DNA from: the human T2T-CHM13v2.0 reference genome, Homo sapiens
Assembly (NCBI RefSeq): GCF_009914755.1
Contig: NC_060936.1
Direction: 5' to 3' (one strand)
DNA: 64,000 bases
The first letter of the stretch is position 1, and each line of letters begins with the position of its first letter. The notes beneath the pieces were generated by a model. The model did not search any database and was not told where the DNA came from. It was given only the letters and a program-made list of their open reading frames with translations. This document shows positions 27,784 through 41,723 of the stretch, one piece after another. A program made the position numbers and the translations under genes.

Positions 27784-28212
27784 CTAAGAGGCAGAGGCAG
27801 AACAGGGAGATCAGACCGCAGCTGGATGAGGGGAACTCGTTCTCAGACACGAATCCTGTAAGAAATGGGCTCCTAGGCCTGCCTATCTACATGCCCCCAA
27901 TTTCCCTATCATGGGCTACGTATACAGGGCCTGAAGACAACAAGACGGATGATGACAGGAACCATCCCTAACAGTGCTTCATCTGTGTCAGGGACTAAGA
28001 ACTTCACATACATTCACTCATTTAAACCTTACAGCACCATAAAAGTAAGGCACTACTATTATTCTCCCATTTTACAGATGAGAAAACTGAAGCTCGGTAA
28101 GGTATGAACTAAACCCATCAGGAGTCAGAAGACCCAGGTGGCTTAGAAAGGGCAGGGTGAGGGTGGCAGAGGGTTGGGGTTGGAGCTCAGTGGTTTCAGG
28201 GGCACTGAGGAC

Positions 28213-28334
28213 CTGGCACTGTTGGCTTTGTCCTGGGCCTCCTTCTTCTTCTTGTAGGACGACGATCCCAGGGCACTGGCATCCTCGCTGGCTTCCTTCT
28301 TGATGGTAGATGGTAACACGTGGAGCATCCTGCC
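28213..28334 (-). CDS. RBM19: RBM19 exon 12 (GRMLHVLP...DKANSA)
   Basis: CAG|GGC acceptor; weak donor CAG|GTCCTC that keeps frame with exon 13; 122 nt. Confidence 0.9.
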
Positions 28335-29192
28335 CTGGATGGGAATGACGGGAAGGGAGTAAACAGAAGCCTTGCCTGTAAGCCCTGCTTCCTGCCGAAG
28401 GATGTTGGCTTCTGCCACGAGTAAGCTGGACCCAGCACTGAAACCCTGACCAGAGGGTGGGAGGGAGGTCAGGTAGAACGTGGCCACTCTCTTCCCACCT
28501 GACACAGGATCCTGATGTCGTGAGGGGGCCACCTGACACAGCTACACACACGAAACTTCGATCAGTGTATAACCCCGCACCCGCAGCCCTCTCCCCGCCT
28601 CTCAAGCCTGCATCGCATCCTGTCCCTGCACCAGTGAGTAAGAATGTGAGGTCCATGCCGGTGGGGCCAGGTCTGGCCTGATGGCAACAAGGGGATCAAG
28701 AAATCATGAATAAATCAATGAATGAATGAGAAAAGGAAAAAGGGTGATGATGAGGCAGCCTGGGGCTTGAGGATGTATGCTAAGTATATTACTTGGTAAC
28801 ACTGGGAAAAGAGAAGTTTCTTTTATTCCACTGTGGCCATTTTAATAGGTCCCTGTCAAAATTCTTTTCTTCTTACTCCTCTTCTAAGGTGGTATCTATA
28901 GAGATGGAGAGCAAATTCATCCATTCAAGGAGTATTTTTTCAGTGCCTGCTAAGTGCCAGACAGAGGTGTAGGTGCCACAGATCAGTGACCAGAACAGAT
29001 CAGACTGTGCCCTCACACGACTTCTTACTCTCCAGTGGCTTGAGTGAGGCAGTGACTTAGCATGCCATTGCACATTTTCTTAGGCCCACAAAGTGGACGC
29101 CCGTGTCCACACACATACACACACACACACACCAGCCTTTCCCGACCATGTGAGCCCCACAGCCTCCTGGCCAGCCCAGGACGGGGCCTCAC

Positions 29193-29323
29193 CTGGAATA
29201 CCTGCCCGTCCACCTCCGAGTAGGCCTTCACAGCGTGCTCAGGGAACATGAAGGTGATGAATGCAAAACCCTTGGGTTTCTTGGTCAGGCTGTCGATGGG
29301 GTAGTGGAGCTCAGACAGGGGAC
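29193..29323 (-). CDS. RBM19: RBM19 exon 11 (GPLSELHY...GQVFQ; RRM3)
   Basis: CAG|GT acceptor, CAG|GTGAGG donor, 131 nt; RNP1 KGFAFITF. Confidence 0.96.
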
Positions 29324-30691
29324 CTGAGGACAGGAGAAGTGTCGGTCTCTGGTAGGCCGCAGCCACTTGGCCCCAGGGAAGAATGTGGTGAGCACCAGCT
29401 GTGAGCCAACCTCACAGGTCATGGGTGTCATTTCCCAGTCCCCTACGTGTGTCTATCCTAACAGCAACAATACCTGGGCTGGAGCCCAGCACCACCACCT
29501 ATTACACATGAAGCTTGCCTTGAGCAAATCACTAAGCCTCCCCATGCCTCAGTCTTTTCATCTGTAAAACAGCACAACAGTACCTAGCTCATGGGCTAAA
29601 TGCGTTCATGCGTGCATAGTGCACTAAACAGTGCCTGCTAGAGTTAGTGCCAAAGAAGTGTCTTCCATGATGATATTAGCATCATGCTCAAATTAAAGCA
29701 CACCCTTTCTGCATTGGTTTCAACTCTGAATGCCAGGGTGTGACCGCGTCCCCTCTCTGGGTCTTTCCTTCCCAAATGGACATTTGCAATATATCGACAA
29801 ATGCTTCTCCCCCTCAGCCCACCCATGAGGTGTAAGCCGGGATGCCAGCCTGTGTGAAGGATATGGTGAGCAGACTGGTGAATGGAACACACAGTTCCAC
29901 TGGGGCAGGCCCCAGGCTTGGAGGTCAGGTCAATTTTCCTGATGGCATGCTCCACTCAGGGCATCCTTACCCTGACAACGGGGCCCACATCAGGTGTTCA
30001 ACCTACATCTCCAATCCTCCACAACCTACAGCTGGCCTCTGAATAGACATGGGGAGACACTGCGGGGATCTCAAAGGTATCAAGACCTCCCCTCATCCTG
30101 AACCCTCCCTTCCTGCCCTTCAACAATGGTAACTCCACAAACAAACACAGCCTGTTGTGACCAAGCTGGACTACAGGCCCTCAAGCCCATGGCCTGAGAA
30201 ATAACAGCAACAACAACACTAACCTTGACACTATCAAATCTATTTGGTGCTCAGCTTGGATAAGAAGACTTTACATAATTAAGAGTTCAGATACGGAGGA
30301 ACGCCGTGTAGGTATATTCATCAGGTGAAACCTGTACAGTTACTCAATTCCAATACCGAGTGGCATGACTTTGGACAGCAAGGGAGTATCTCAAAAAAGT
30401 CATCCGAATTGCTTCAATTCTGAATTTGGAGAAGTTAGAGAGTTCAGACAGCAAAGGATGCCAGTGATGCTATTAATACCTTTTACTTCCTGCCCTGCGA
30501 ATCCCTGCATTCATCATGTCACTGAATCCTCACAGCAGCTCAGGGGTACTTGGTCCCATTTTACAGATGAGAAAACTGAGGCAAGAGATGTGGAGTCGTG
30601 TGCACACTGGGACTTGAACCCAGGACGTCAGAGTGAGAGCCCGGCTCCCATAGCCGCTGGGCTATCCACGGCCCGGAGGCCACACCCCTAC

Positions 30692-30895
30692 CATATTTGG
30701 AGAAGAGCTTCTCCAGATCCTCCTCGGTGCTGGTGTAGGGCAGGTTCCGTACAAAGAGCCTTCCGGATTCGGCCAGGTCCTCCTCCTCTTCGTTCTCCCC
30801 GAGTATCCGGCCTTGCCAGGATTTGGTGGTATTCTTTGGTGCACCCTTGGTGGTGGGGACGTTCTTTTCCCTGAACACCTCGATGTAGCGCCCAC
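30692..30895 (-). CDS. RBM19: RBM19 exon 10 (GGRYIEVF...LFSKY; RRM2 end, RRM3 start)
   Basis: GCAG|GT acceptor, ATG|GTAGGG donor, 204 nt. Confidence 0.95.
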
Positions 30896-31941
30896 CTGCA
30901 ATGAAGAGGAGTCAGGGCTCCAGGGGGAGGCCTAGAACTTGCCAGCAACTCCTTGCTGGTGACTCCAAACTCTTCTCTGCTGCCTTCCAAAAAACACAAT
31001 CAAGGTGGCAGATGACAGCACCCAACACCTGCCCTGTCACCTGAGGCGGCAGCATAAGCCAAGCCAACACCAGGCCTGAACCCAAATCTCACTCACCCTG
31101 CCAGTTCAGCTTCAGCCCTGGAGGGAGCCTGCCTGAGTTATCCCAGACCACGGTGATGCATTCTCTAAACTCCGGGCTGTATTCTCTGGCACTGCTTGCT
31201 GTTCTGCCTTGGGAAGGGTCTTAGGTGACAGCCCAGCCCTGGGTACTTACCTGCTGATGATTTATTTGCACGCATAGCCCCTGTGCCTGATTAGGGTGCT
31301 ATTATCACTGTATCCTGCACAGGCACTACTAGGTGCTCAATAAATACCCACCTCCTGACTTGCTAACAAGATTCCCAAGGCTCTCCATCCTTCTCTAACA
31401 CAACTCATGTCTTCACTGGGGTTGATGGCTGGATTCAAATCACTTGTCTTGGCCAGGGATTGGTCAAAGAATACATCCCTGGGTATTGTTCAGAAGACCT
31501 CCCAACTCCAGGGAATTTGCACGTGCTGTTCCCTCTACTGAACATCCTGTCCGTAGAGCCAGAGCCTACACAACTGTAGGTTTGTGTCCCAATGTCACCC
31601 CTCGGTGAGGCCAAAGCAGACAGGACCCTGTTTAAAGCCAAGCCTCCTCCAATCCCTGCCCTCCCCAGGACCCGTGCCTGCTGTGTGTTTCCCTGTAGCA
31701 TGGATCACACATTTAACCACCTGTCTCTCCCTCCTAAGTCAGTTTACTCTCTGTCAGCCCCGAAAGGGCAGGGATTTGGGTCTGTTTGCTCCCTGCCATG
31801 TCCCCAGTGCCTAGAACAGTGTCTGCAGAGACACTGCATTCTTGGTGGTGGTGATGGTGCTGGTACAAGAACGTGTAAAGGAAATGAAGGAACGAAGGAA
31901 CGCTGTAACACAGAGAGAGCACATGGCCAGGGCTTCCTTAC

Positions 31942-32013
31942 CCATGTACTCCCGGTTGCATTTCAGAGCTTGCTTCACTTCCTCTTCATTGCTGAAATCC
32001 ACAAAGATGTATC
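31942..32013 (-). CDS. RBM19: RBM19 exon 9 (GYIFVDF...NREYM)
   Basis: CAG|GA acceptor, TGG|GTAAGG donor, 72 nt; RNP1. Confidence 0.95.
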
Positions 32014-33382
32014 CTGACAGAGGACAATGACAGAGGTAAAATCTGCAGGCCTTGCAGACACTTGTGGTGGTCCCCAGAGGAACACCCATACTGTGCTAGG
32101 AGCAGAAAGTGAGGGAGAAACCTCTACCTTGGTCAGATCTCCAAAATACAAAGGGTCTCCCTCTCTCTGTCTCCCACCCACAGCCAAATTTCCCTCTGCA
32201 GGGAGTGTACAGAGCCCAGCCCGGTGTCATGGATGAAGATGCTGAATGCCAGGAGTTGGAAGCCCAGGAGGCCTTTCTGTCTCCCTCCAAGCCTCACCCC
32301 CATCCCCCGACTGGCACCTGCTCTAAGCCATTCTCTGGAGAAGGGCCTGTGGCTACAGCATGAGGACCCACCTAGGCGCTGGAAGCACCTTCTCCACACC
32401 CACTCTGCTCCTGGGCACCTGAGGCCTTGACTTGCACAAAAAAACAAGCAAATGGGGGAGTCTTTCCTCTAGCATGAGAGGCTCTGCTTCCTGACCTCTT
32501 TGGGCCTCAAACCTGTGAGGCAACAAGGTGAGGGGTGAGGACCATTCCCCTGCTTTTCTGGAGCATTAAAGAAATACTCCGAGGGGCACTCGGCTAATAG
32601 CTGGCAATGTCTAATACTTGGTCCAAAGCCCTTGGGTTTTCTGCCTTTAATCACAAGGCTGTTTAGATTCTTTCTGTGACTCCTCCATGCCCTCCTTTCC
32701 TATATCCAGGCACCTCATCCATCCCCATAAACATCTTCCGTCCTTTTCCCTCCCCCTCTCCATGGCCACACCCTAGGCCCCATCACCACTGATCCTCCCT
32801 TAGACGATGGCAAACGCCTGGCTCCAGGACCCATTCTTCACCTGCCAGGGACCATCCTAAATGTGATCACTGCCCTCCCCTGCTCTAAGCTCCCAGGGGC
32901 CCCTGCATCCAGACTGAAGCCCACAATCTTTTTCTTTTTGAGATTGGGTCTTGCTATGTTGTCCAGGCTGGATTTGAACTCCTAGGCTCAAGTAATCCTC
33001 CTACTTCAGCCTCCTGAGTAGCTGAGACACACAATCTTTAATGAGGCCCCTAAAGCTTAAGGGGCCCAGCCTGCCTCCTCCCCAGCTCTCCTGCAGGGGA
33101 CATTCAGCTGCTTTTCAACATTTCATGCTTGGATGCCGGCTCTCTCCAACTCTGGGGCCTCCAATATGGTTTTCTCTTGGGTCTGACAACTCAGATATGT
33201 TTCTTCCTGCTCCCTCCCTGGTCTGTGAAGTGCCATAAAACCAAGGGTACCAGCACCATCACCACCACCATCATGAATATTAACAGCAGCTTTCATGGAG
33301 TGTGCAACAGGGGCTCAGCACTGCTCTAAATGCTGTACACAGAGCCATTCATGCAACTTGGTGAGACAGGTTTACCTGACTG

Positions 33383-33420
33383 CACACACACACACAAACA
33401 CACACACACTCACACACACA
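33383..33420. repeat. Imperfect (CA)n within a MIR-like stretch
   Basis: Direct read; UG tract in pre-mRNA. Confidence 0.93.
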
Positions 33421-34370
33421 AACAAACTGAGGCTAAGTCCCTTGTCCAAGGTCATAGGGCTCCTACCTGAGATCTGCACTTAGGCAGAGCCCTTTACCCT
33501 GACCTCATCCTGCCCTGTAATCAGTCTGCAAGGAGAAGGATGGGTGGCTGAATGGATCAGCTGGGTAAGTGGGACTTCCGTGATAAGAGGAGAGTTGGGG
33601 AAGAAATGCAGAAACATGACAGTGAGGAGACCATCCCTCAAGCACACTTTCTTCCCCAGATGTCAGCCTAGGTAGATCTCAACTGCTCTACCCAGGCCAG
33701 TGTCTTCTTGCCAAAGACAGAGTACACATCCAGCGGCTTCCAGCCTCCAGCCTCCCCGCAGCTACAGGGCCTCAGTGTGGTTCTCTTGAGAAGTAGCAAG
33801 TCAGCTGCTGAATCTCCCAGTGTCCTGGCCAGCAAGAAGTAGGCACGGACAGGTGCCCACCTCCCCGAGCTCAGACACTCTGCCTTCCAGCCACACTGCT
33901 CATCTCAGGATGACCAGAACCCAGGGCTCTGAAGCCAAGGGAGGTGCCTGGTTGGTTGCCCAGAGTATAAACCTGCAGGGAGGGTGGCACGGGGCAACAC
34001 CACACATGCTCAGCAACTCAGAGCCCTGCCCACCAGCAGAGCTGCCTGTGGACTTGGCCTAGCAAACCTCAGGACCTGTTGGCATTTGTTTCAGCGTAAT
34101 AGGTGAGCCCACTGAGATAGGCAAAGGCTAAGATGAGGAAGGGAAGGATGAAAAGCACAGGTGAGAACTCCATCCCTATACACTAGGCCACCAAAGGCTG
34201 GGGCAAGAGATGCAGCCTTAACCTGCCCAGGCTGACCACATCCACACAACTGAGGACCACAAACAGGAAGAAAAACGGGTGCCCTTAAAACTTCTTCCTT
34301 ATTCAAGTACCCCAACCTTCAATCTTCACTGTCTACCCGCCTTCCCACCTGGAAACATCCTGGATCTTAC

Positions 34371-34449
34371 CTGTTTTATTCCCATGAGCGTTTCTCACAA
34401 TTCGAATGGCCACTGGTTTCAGGGGTGCCAGGAATTCCATAACATTTTT
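34371..34449 (-). CDS. RBM19: RBM19 exon 8 (KNVMEF...HGNKT)
   Basis: CAG|AAA acceptor, CAG|GTAAGA donor, 79 nt. Confidence 0.94.
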
Positions 34450-35065
34450 CTGTGAGAAGAAGTTTTTTTCCCCTTACCAACCACATAATAAAAGTACAAC
34501 CCAACGAAAAGACATGGGGCAAATTTCTAAATCAGAAAGGATTACAAAGTGTTTCATTCTTTAGTTTTTCTCTTTCCTTATACGTATCGCTTCTCCAATT
34601 ACCTTGGAGAAAATGTGAAAAAGAAAATTGGAGGAGAAATGAGTAATATAAATATAAAATAGCAGTGTCACTATCAGCGTTAAAATAGCGATGTCACGAT
34701 CCGCATTTCAAGGCACTGTTTCCCCCCTAGATAATTGTATATACTTGGGATTAAACCTGGCTTTTTTCACTTCTCATTAAGCTTGAGTATTTGGTTTTTG
34801 TGTATTAGTTTTGCAAGTAGCCACCTAGTGGTTTTGGTTTTGTTAATTAAAGCATGTGATTTTCTGAATGGTTGATACTGAAAGAATTCTGACAAAATTA
34901 CAAGCAACTCAGTGAGTTTAATAAAACCTACATGCTTGCTACTCTGAAGTTTGATAAGTTGTAATTCAGATATTTATAAACATAGAGTACCAGAACAGAT
35001 AAAGACTTCAAGAGAAAAAAGGGCAAAAGACATGATCGGGCACTTTCCAAAAGAGAAGATATATT

Positions 35066-35452
<387 letters not shown>

Positions 35453-35619
35453 CTATCACATTGATGAAACATTAATAATACCCAGGGTTCAGGAAAATGG
35501 GCACTTGTAGACTCTGCTACAGCGAGCATAAACTAGCAATGCTCCCAGAGGGCAACTGATATTATGTGCCAAAGCCTTAGAATTGTACACACATTTGCCT
35601 ACACAGAATATTTATCTGG

Positions 35620-35822
35620 AGCAAAGATCAGCAAACTATGGCCCACGGGCCAAATATCACCATGGTCTGCTTTTGAATGGCTTGCAAGCTAAAAATGGTT
35701 TTTACATTTTAAAGGATTACCAAAAAAAGAGAAAACAACGAATATGTGACAGAGATTAAATGGCTTACAAAGCCTGACATATTTACCATCTGGCCTTTAC
35801 AGACGAAGTCTGCTCACCCCTA
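35620..35822. mobile_element. MER58-like DNA transposon (similar element at about 36540-36750)
   Basis: cagcaaactatggcccacgggccaaat...atttaccatctggcctttacag. Confidence 0.7.
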
Positions 35823-36265
35823 ATCCCAAGGAACTGAATTATTATTTATAACAGCAAAAAATTGGATATAACTCCCACGTCCCAATTTAGGGGACTGAGT
35901 AAACCTACAGAAGTTTACCCTGAGTAAGGAAGAGCATGAGCATAAAAAATGCTGCTGTAGCAGAGTATATTCAATATTCAAAGAGGTCTATAACATACCA
36001 TGATGAGGAGGAAAAAGGGGTTTCCAAAGAGTTCCCAGTAAATGATTGCTTCTTAGACATACAAAGACAAAAACGTCCAAGAAGAGGCTTCAGTGAGCTA
36101 TGATGGCAGCACTGTACTACAGCCTGGGCAACACAGTGAGACCCTGTCTCACACACACACACAAAAATAATAATAATAAAAACTAAAAACAAAGGAAAAC
36201 AAAACAAAAACCATCTAAGAAGACACACCCAAAATGTATCAGTGGACGTCACTGGGTAGATACAA

Positions 36266-36438
36266 GTGTGTTGGCCAGGGCAGCCCTAGTTTGCCTGGGA
36301 TGAGTTGTCACTGTATTTGGAGTCGTTAGACCTGCGGTAATTACATCCACAGCCTGGCACCCCATTGGGGTAGCACCCCTCTCACTCTCAATTTAGTGTA
36401 GATGATAATTTAGTAGTCATCCTACTTACAGGCAATTT
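36266..36438 (+). repeat. Local diverged direct repeat B, copy 1
   Basis: TACATCCACAGCCTGGCACCCCA identical at 36342 and 39011. Confidence 0.9.
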
Positions 36439-36989
36439 TTAAATATTTTTTATTTAGCTACATGGTTTTGAGTTTTCTATATTGAACTACTACTTTCACG
36501 AAGAACGAAAATTAAGTGTTCTTCTGCTGTTACAGACCCAAAGGCAGCAAACTACAGTCCACAGGCCAAATCTGGCTCACTGCCTGTTTTTGTAACTAAA
36601 GTTTTATTTATTTTTACCTACTTTCTGAGACTGCTTCCTTGCTATAAGAGCAGGGTGAGTAGTCACAACAGAGACCGTGTTGATCACGAAGTCTTAAATA
36701 TTAACTGGCTGACTGCCCCCACAACCTTTTCTTCAACAGAGTGTGTGCCCACCCTGGTGTGGGTACTGGTGAGTGAAACCAGAACGTCCTTTGTCTTGGT
36801 GTAGCCATGCCTGTTTCCTGACCCTGACGATGCCGGAGATGTTATTTCTCAGCCTTTTTGGCCCCCAATTCCTTCCAGCTCATGTCCTCAACCGACTCTA
36901 ATGCCCCCATGCACCAAAGGCTCCTGGCCTCCCCACCCTCGTCTCCTGCTCCCGCAGGCTGCCGACCCTTGTCCTCAGTTAGCACATAC

Positions 36990-37070
36990 CTCTGTGACAT
37001 TGAACGGGGCTCCCCGCAGCTTCACGGTGTGGCAGGTGGTGGGTTCCTTCTGGTTTGCTGGTTTCTCTGT
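36990..37070 (-). CDS. RBM19: RBM19 exon 7 (TEKPANQ...PFNVTE; start of RRM2)
   Basis: CAG|ACA acceptor, GAG|GTATGT donor, 81 nt. Confidence 0.94.
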
Positions 37071-38138
37071 CTGAGTGATCAGAAAAACAAACAGAAGTGG
37101 CCACACTAACCCTTCGTACAGCTGCAGGAGGTGGCACACTGGGACATTTCAGTGCCAGAGAAGGTGCCTGCCGCCAGGGGGAGCTGGGGAATGCTGGGAA
37201 GAATCAATGTCCACCGTGTATGGAGTCTGGCCAGAGGTGGGGCTAGGTGATGCCAAGTCTCCATGTGCCCCTGAGACGAGGGCTGGAACCAGAGCCTGGC
37301 AAGCTATGGGCACCTGGACAGGGACCCTGGGGCTACAAGGAGGGGCAGGGTGGGAATGTGAAGGAGCCCTGAAGAACGGGGTGTCAGTACCACTATGTAG
37401 GGCTTATCAGTGCCAGACACTAAGCCAAGCACTTTACAGATGCCAGTGATCTACTACATCTTCACAACAATCCCATGGGGATTATGGGTTCAGGATCCTT
37501 TTTCCCACAACTCCGGAATCCAGACACCTCTGAAAAAACCTAAGTTTCTGGTAACCTTTATGGCAACAAAACCTGCCCCGACTTGAATGCACTTCCCAGC
37601 AAAGCCTGCCCTGAGTGGATGTGAGCCCATATATAGCTTATGCTGATTCACGCAGCGCAAGCAGTCTTGTCCATGCGTTGCAGAAATGTGACTGCGCTTG
37701 ACCGTGGGGTGCTGCCTTTTATCCTGTATTTAGTAACAAGGTAGGCAGAGGGGAGTGAGCCCTGCTGGGGGTGCTGCATTCCAGAGGGTTCTCTTCCTGA
37801 AACCTGAAGATTCCAGAATTCCAGCATATACTTAGGCACGGGGTCAGAAACCGGAGGCAGGGAGCAGTGCTACCATGAGTGCCTTTTTGTAAACGAAAAT
37901 TCAGAGGCTGAAGGAAGTAAAGTATCTCACCCAAGGACCAACAGCCACTAAATGATGGAACTAGGATTTGAACTCATAATTCTGACTTCCCCACACTCTA
38001 CTACCTCACTGAAATATACAATTTTGGGGGGGAAGAAAAGGACAGAGTGCATAATTAGAAGAGGCAGAAAATAAAAGGAGGGAGGAAGAAGAAAGGGAAA
38101 AGAGGAAAGAAAAGAGGATGAAGCTTGCTTTCATCTCA

Positions 38139-38528
<390 letters not shown>

Positions 38529-38934
38529 TCAAACTGCTCTGTCTCTGATGCAGAGAGGACTCCCAGGTCAGAGACGAGTTGGCCGACCTCTGGGGAAGCG
38601 CCCACGTTTATGATCTCGACTTCAGACCCCACAGACCTGGGGCTAAGTCCTGAACCCACCATTTCCCAGCCATGACCCTGGCTGAGGCACCTTCCTTCTC
38701 CAGGCCTGTTTCCTCATCTGTAAAATGGAACAAGACCAATACTGCCCTCCAGATAGTGATGAGATGCAACGGCACGGCAGGCATGGTGCCTAGTGTGTAG
38801 CGCAGGCTCAGTTGATCCTCCCTATGATTGCTGATGACTGGTCTGCACCCCTCTGCCTGTGTTGTTACTAAATACAAAGGATAAAGGCTCAAAGCCATCA
38901 CTCAGCTCACTTCTGCCCCATTGGTGGGATATGG

Positions 38935-39103
38935 GTGTGTTGACCGGGGCTGCTCCAGTTTGCCCGGGATAGTTGTTCACTCTATCTGTAGTCATTAGAC
39001 CTGCAGTAACTACATCCACAGCCTGGCACCCCACTGGACTAGCATCTCACTTTTAACTTAGTGTTGACAATAATTTAGTTGTCACCCTACTTATAGGCAA
39101 TTT
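38935..39103 (+). repeat. Local diverged direct repeat B, copy 2
   Basis: Colinear with 36266-36438. Confidence 0.9.
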
Positions 39104-39151
39104 CTGGAAGGCAGGTGACCTCTCCAGGTTAGCAACAGAAAATAAATGCAG

Positions 39152-39458
<307 letters not shown>

Positions 39459-39640
39459 CAGAAAAGAAACGCAGAAAGAACACACGGCGAGCAAGTGGCA
39501 GGGCCAAGATCGGGAAGGCTTTGGACTGCAGAGCTGCGTCTTTCCCCAACATTCCGCTCTCCTAACAGAGGAGCTGTGGGGACCACGGGCAAGCAGGAGA
39601 GCGCACCTCCTCCCTCATCACCTGTGGGATACACACGCAC

Positions 39641-39909
39641 CTCGGCTCTGGCCTCCGGTGGTCTCTTTTTCCCAGCTGGCATCCCTTGCTCTTGGCCTGC
39701 ACCCTTGCTGTCTCTTTCCTGCAGGACTGGGGTGGCGGAGGAATCCTCTTCCTCGGCCTCACTCCCTTCATCACAGTGCACGGCTTCATCTTCACTTTCC
39801 TCTTCCTCCGAGGAAGAGGACGACCCAGCCTTCACCATCTTGGATTTCAGGTAATCCATGTCCGACAGCTCCTTCTGCACAGCTGCCTTTGGTTCGAGGC
39901 TTGCCTCTT
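39641..39909 (-). CDS. RBM19: RBM19 exon 6 (acidic linker, EEASLEPK...EARAE)
   Basis: TTTTTCCAG|AA acceptor, GAG|GTGCGT donor, 269 nt, restores phase 0. Confidence 0.93.
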
Positions 39910-41070
39910 CTGGAAAAACAGGGAAGCTGGGATCAGCGACAGCTATGAGCAAACCAGAGGTCAGAGGTAGCAAATGGTAGATGGTCCTCCTAGTGAGAGG
40001 CCTGAGGCACCATGCCCACCGTGTCCATGGCCCCTGTGCCCAGCATCCCCCATAAGTCCTCTGATTAGCAATACCAAAACGGGGCAGGGCTACTGCAGCT
40101 TTGATATTCTCTGTGCCACACATTGAGCTCCTGGCTCCCTGCCACCAGCCATGTCTTCCTAGTCCTCTACACGGCAGCCTCTGTGACACTTTACAGAGTA
40201 GGTACAGGACGGTCAGTCTCTGCTTAATACCCTCCAGGGGTTTCTGAATGCTCAGGGTGAAATCCAGGCTCCTCATCAGGGCTGGCTGCGTGGGCTTCTT
40301 CCACTGTCTCCTCCTGCTCAAGCCATCCCAACCCACATTGAGCCCCTCAAGCCCATGCACTTTCCTTTCCTCTGTGTCTCTGCGATGCTGTTCCCTTGAC
40401 TGGAACCCCTTTCCTCTCCCCTCCCCTACCGTGTCCCACTAAGTCCCCTGAGTTCCTCGGATGTGAACTTAGTGCAGAAACGTTACCAGGCATAACTGCA
40501 CTAAATGTACATCTTCTCACCTTTAGACCCAAATAGATGCCCAGTTCTCCACCAAGCACGTACCCTCCTGTGTTGCAACTGTTTTCTTGCCCACCAGGCC
40601 TCCCCCACACCACAAACCCCTTCTGAGGACAAAGGCTCACTCCCTCACCTCCTCAGGGAGGCCTTCCCTCATAATTCTCCTGTCGCCTTTCCTGCTTTCT
40701 CTCTGTAGCATTCATCATCCTATGATATACCCAACAGTGGACTTATTTGCTTATTGTTTCTCTCCACAACCATAATCACAGCTCCATAGGGGAATAAACC
40801 CTTCTGTCTTTTGCTTATCAACATGGTCCCAATGCCTGAAGTATGCCTGGCAGATAATAGGTGCTCAAGAAATATTTGTTGACTGACTGACTGAATACAC
40901 AACTAGGATCAGTGAAGACAGATGCACCTGCAGAGGGATCATCACCCCCAATGGAGAGCTCAAGGGCTCACCTGACTCCTAGAGTCTGCACAGAGGGGCC
41001 CCCAGTGCCGGTTAGCCCAATGGCAAGCACAGGTCCGTGCGCATGGAGCACACAGTCCCCATGCCCTCAC

Positions 41071-41263
41071 CTTCCAGGTCCTCCCCGGCTCCCTCCTCCT
41101 CACTCTCCTGCCCAGAATCGGAGTCGAAGTTCAGGTAGTCACTGGCCGGCTTGCTCTTCCCTTTCGAGGGCTCAGCATCCAGGCCATCATTCGCCCAAGT
41201 GGCTGCCTGCGCCCGCCTCTGATGAACTGACAGAAACTCCTGGAACTCTGTATCCTCCTTCAG
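41071..41263 (-). CDS. RBM19: RBM19 exon 5 (LKEDTEFQEF...GEDLE)
   Basis: CAG|CTG acceptor, AAG|GTGAGG donor, 193 nt. Confidence 0.94.
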
Positions 41264-41527
41264 CTGGTGGCACCAGAACCCGGGCGGCAGGGACACGGGA
41301 AAAAGAGAGAGGAAGAGGCAGAGAAGGCTCAGGTGGGGCTTGATCTTTCTAACTCTTAAGAGGGTGAGAAGATCCCTCAAGCTAATTTCCCCCATTCTCT
41401 GGAGGACCCCGAGGTTCAGCTGGGTCAGTTCTGAGGAAGGCAGAGTTGACTCCTCACTAGACAAAACTAAGAGGACAAGAAGACAAGGCCAGGGGAGACC
41501 AGAGGCACAGCTCTGCTTGCCAGGGCC

Positions 41528-41676
41528 AGCCTCCATCCTCTCCAGCCTCTTCCCTCTCCCAGTGTCCACCCTCTCCAGCCTCTTCCCTTTCCTAGCCTCC
41601 ACCCTCTCCAGCCTCTACGGTCTCCTAGCCTCCACCCTCTCCCAGCCTCTACCCTCTCCAGTCTCCACCCTCTTCC
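41528..41676. repeat. 33-bp pyrimidine/purine minisatellite, about 4.5 copies
   Basis: Unit close to AGCCTCCACCCTCTCCAGCCTCTTCCCTCTCCT. Confidence 0.9.
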
Positions 41677-41723
41677 ACCTGCTGCCCACCCTCTCTCCTC
41701 CTTGGGCAACAGGACAGACTCAC

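Noticed and set aside
39615-39640. Alternative donor CAG|GTGATG 19 nt past exon 6
   Set aside because: Weak intronic match and frameshifting, with no supporting context.
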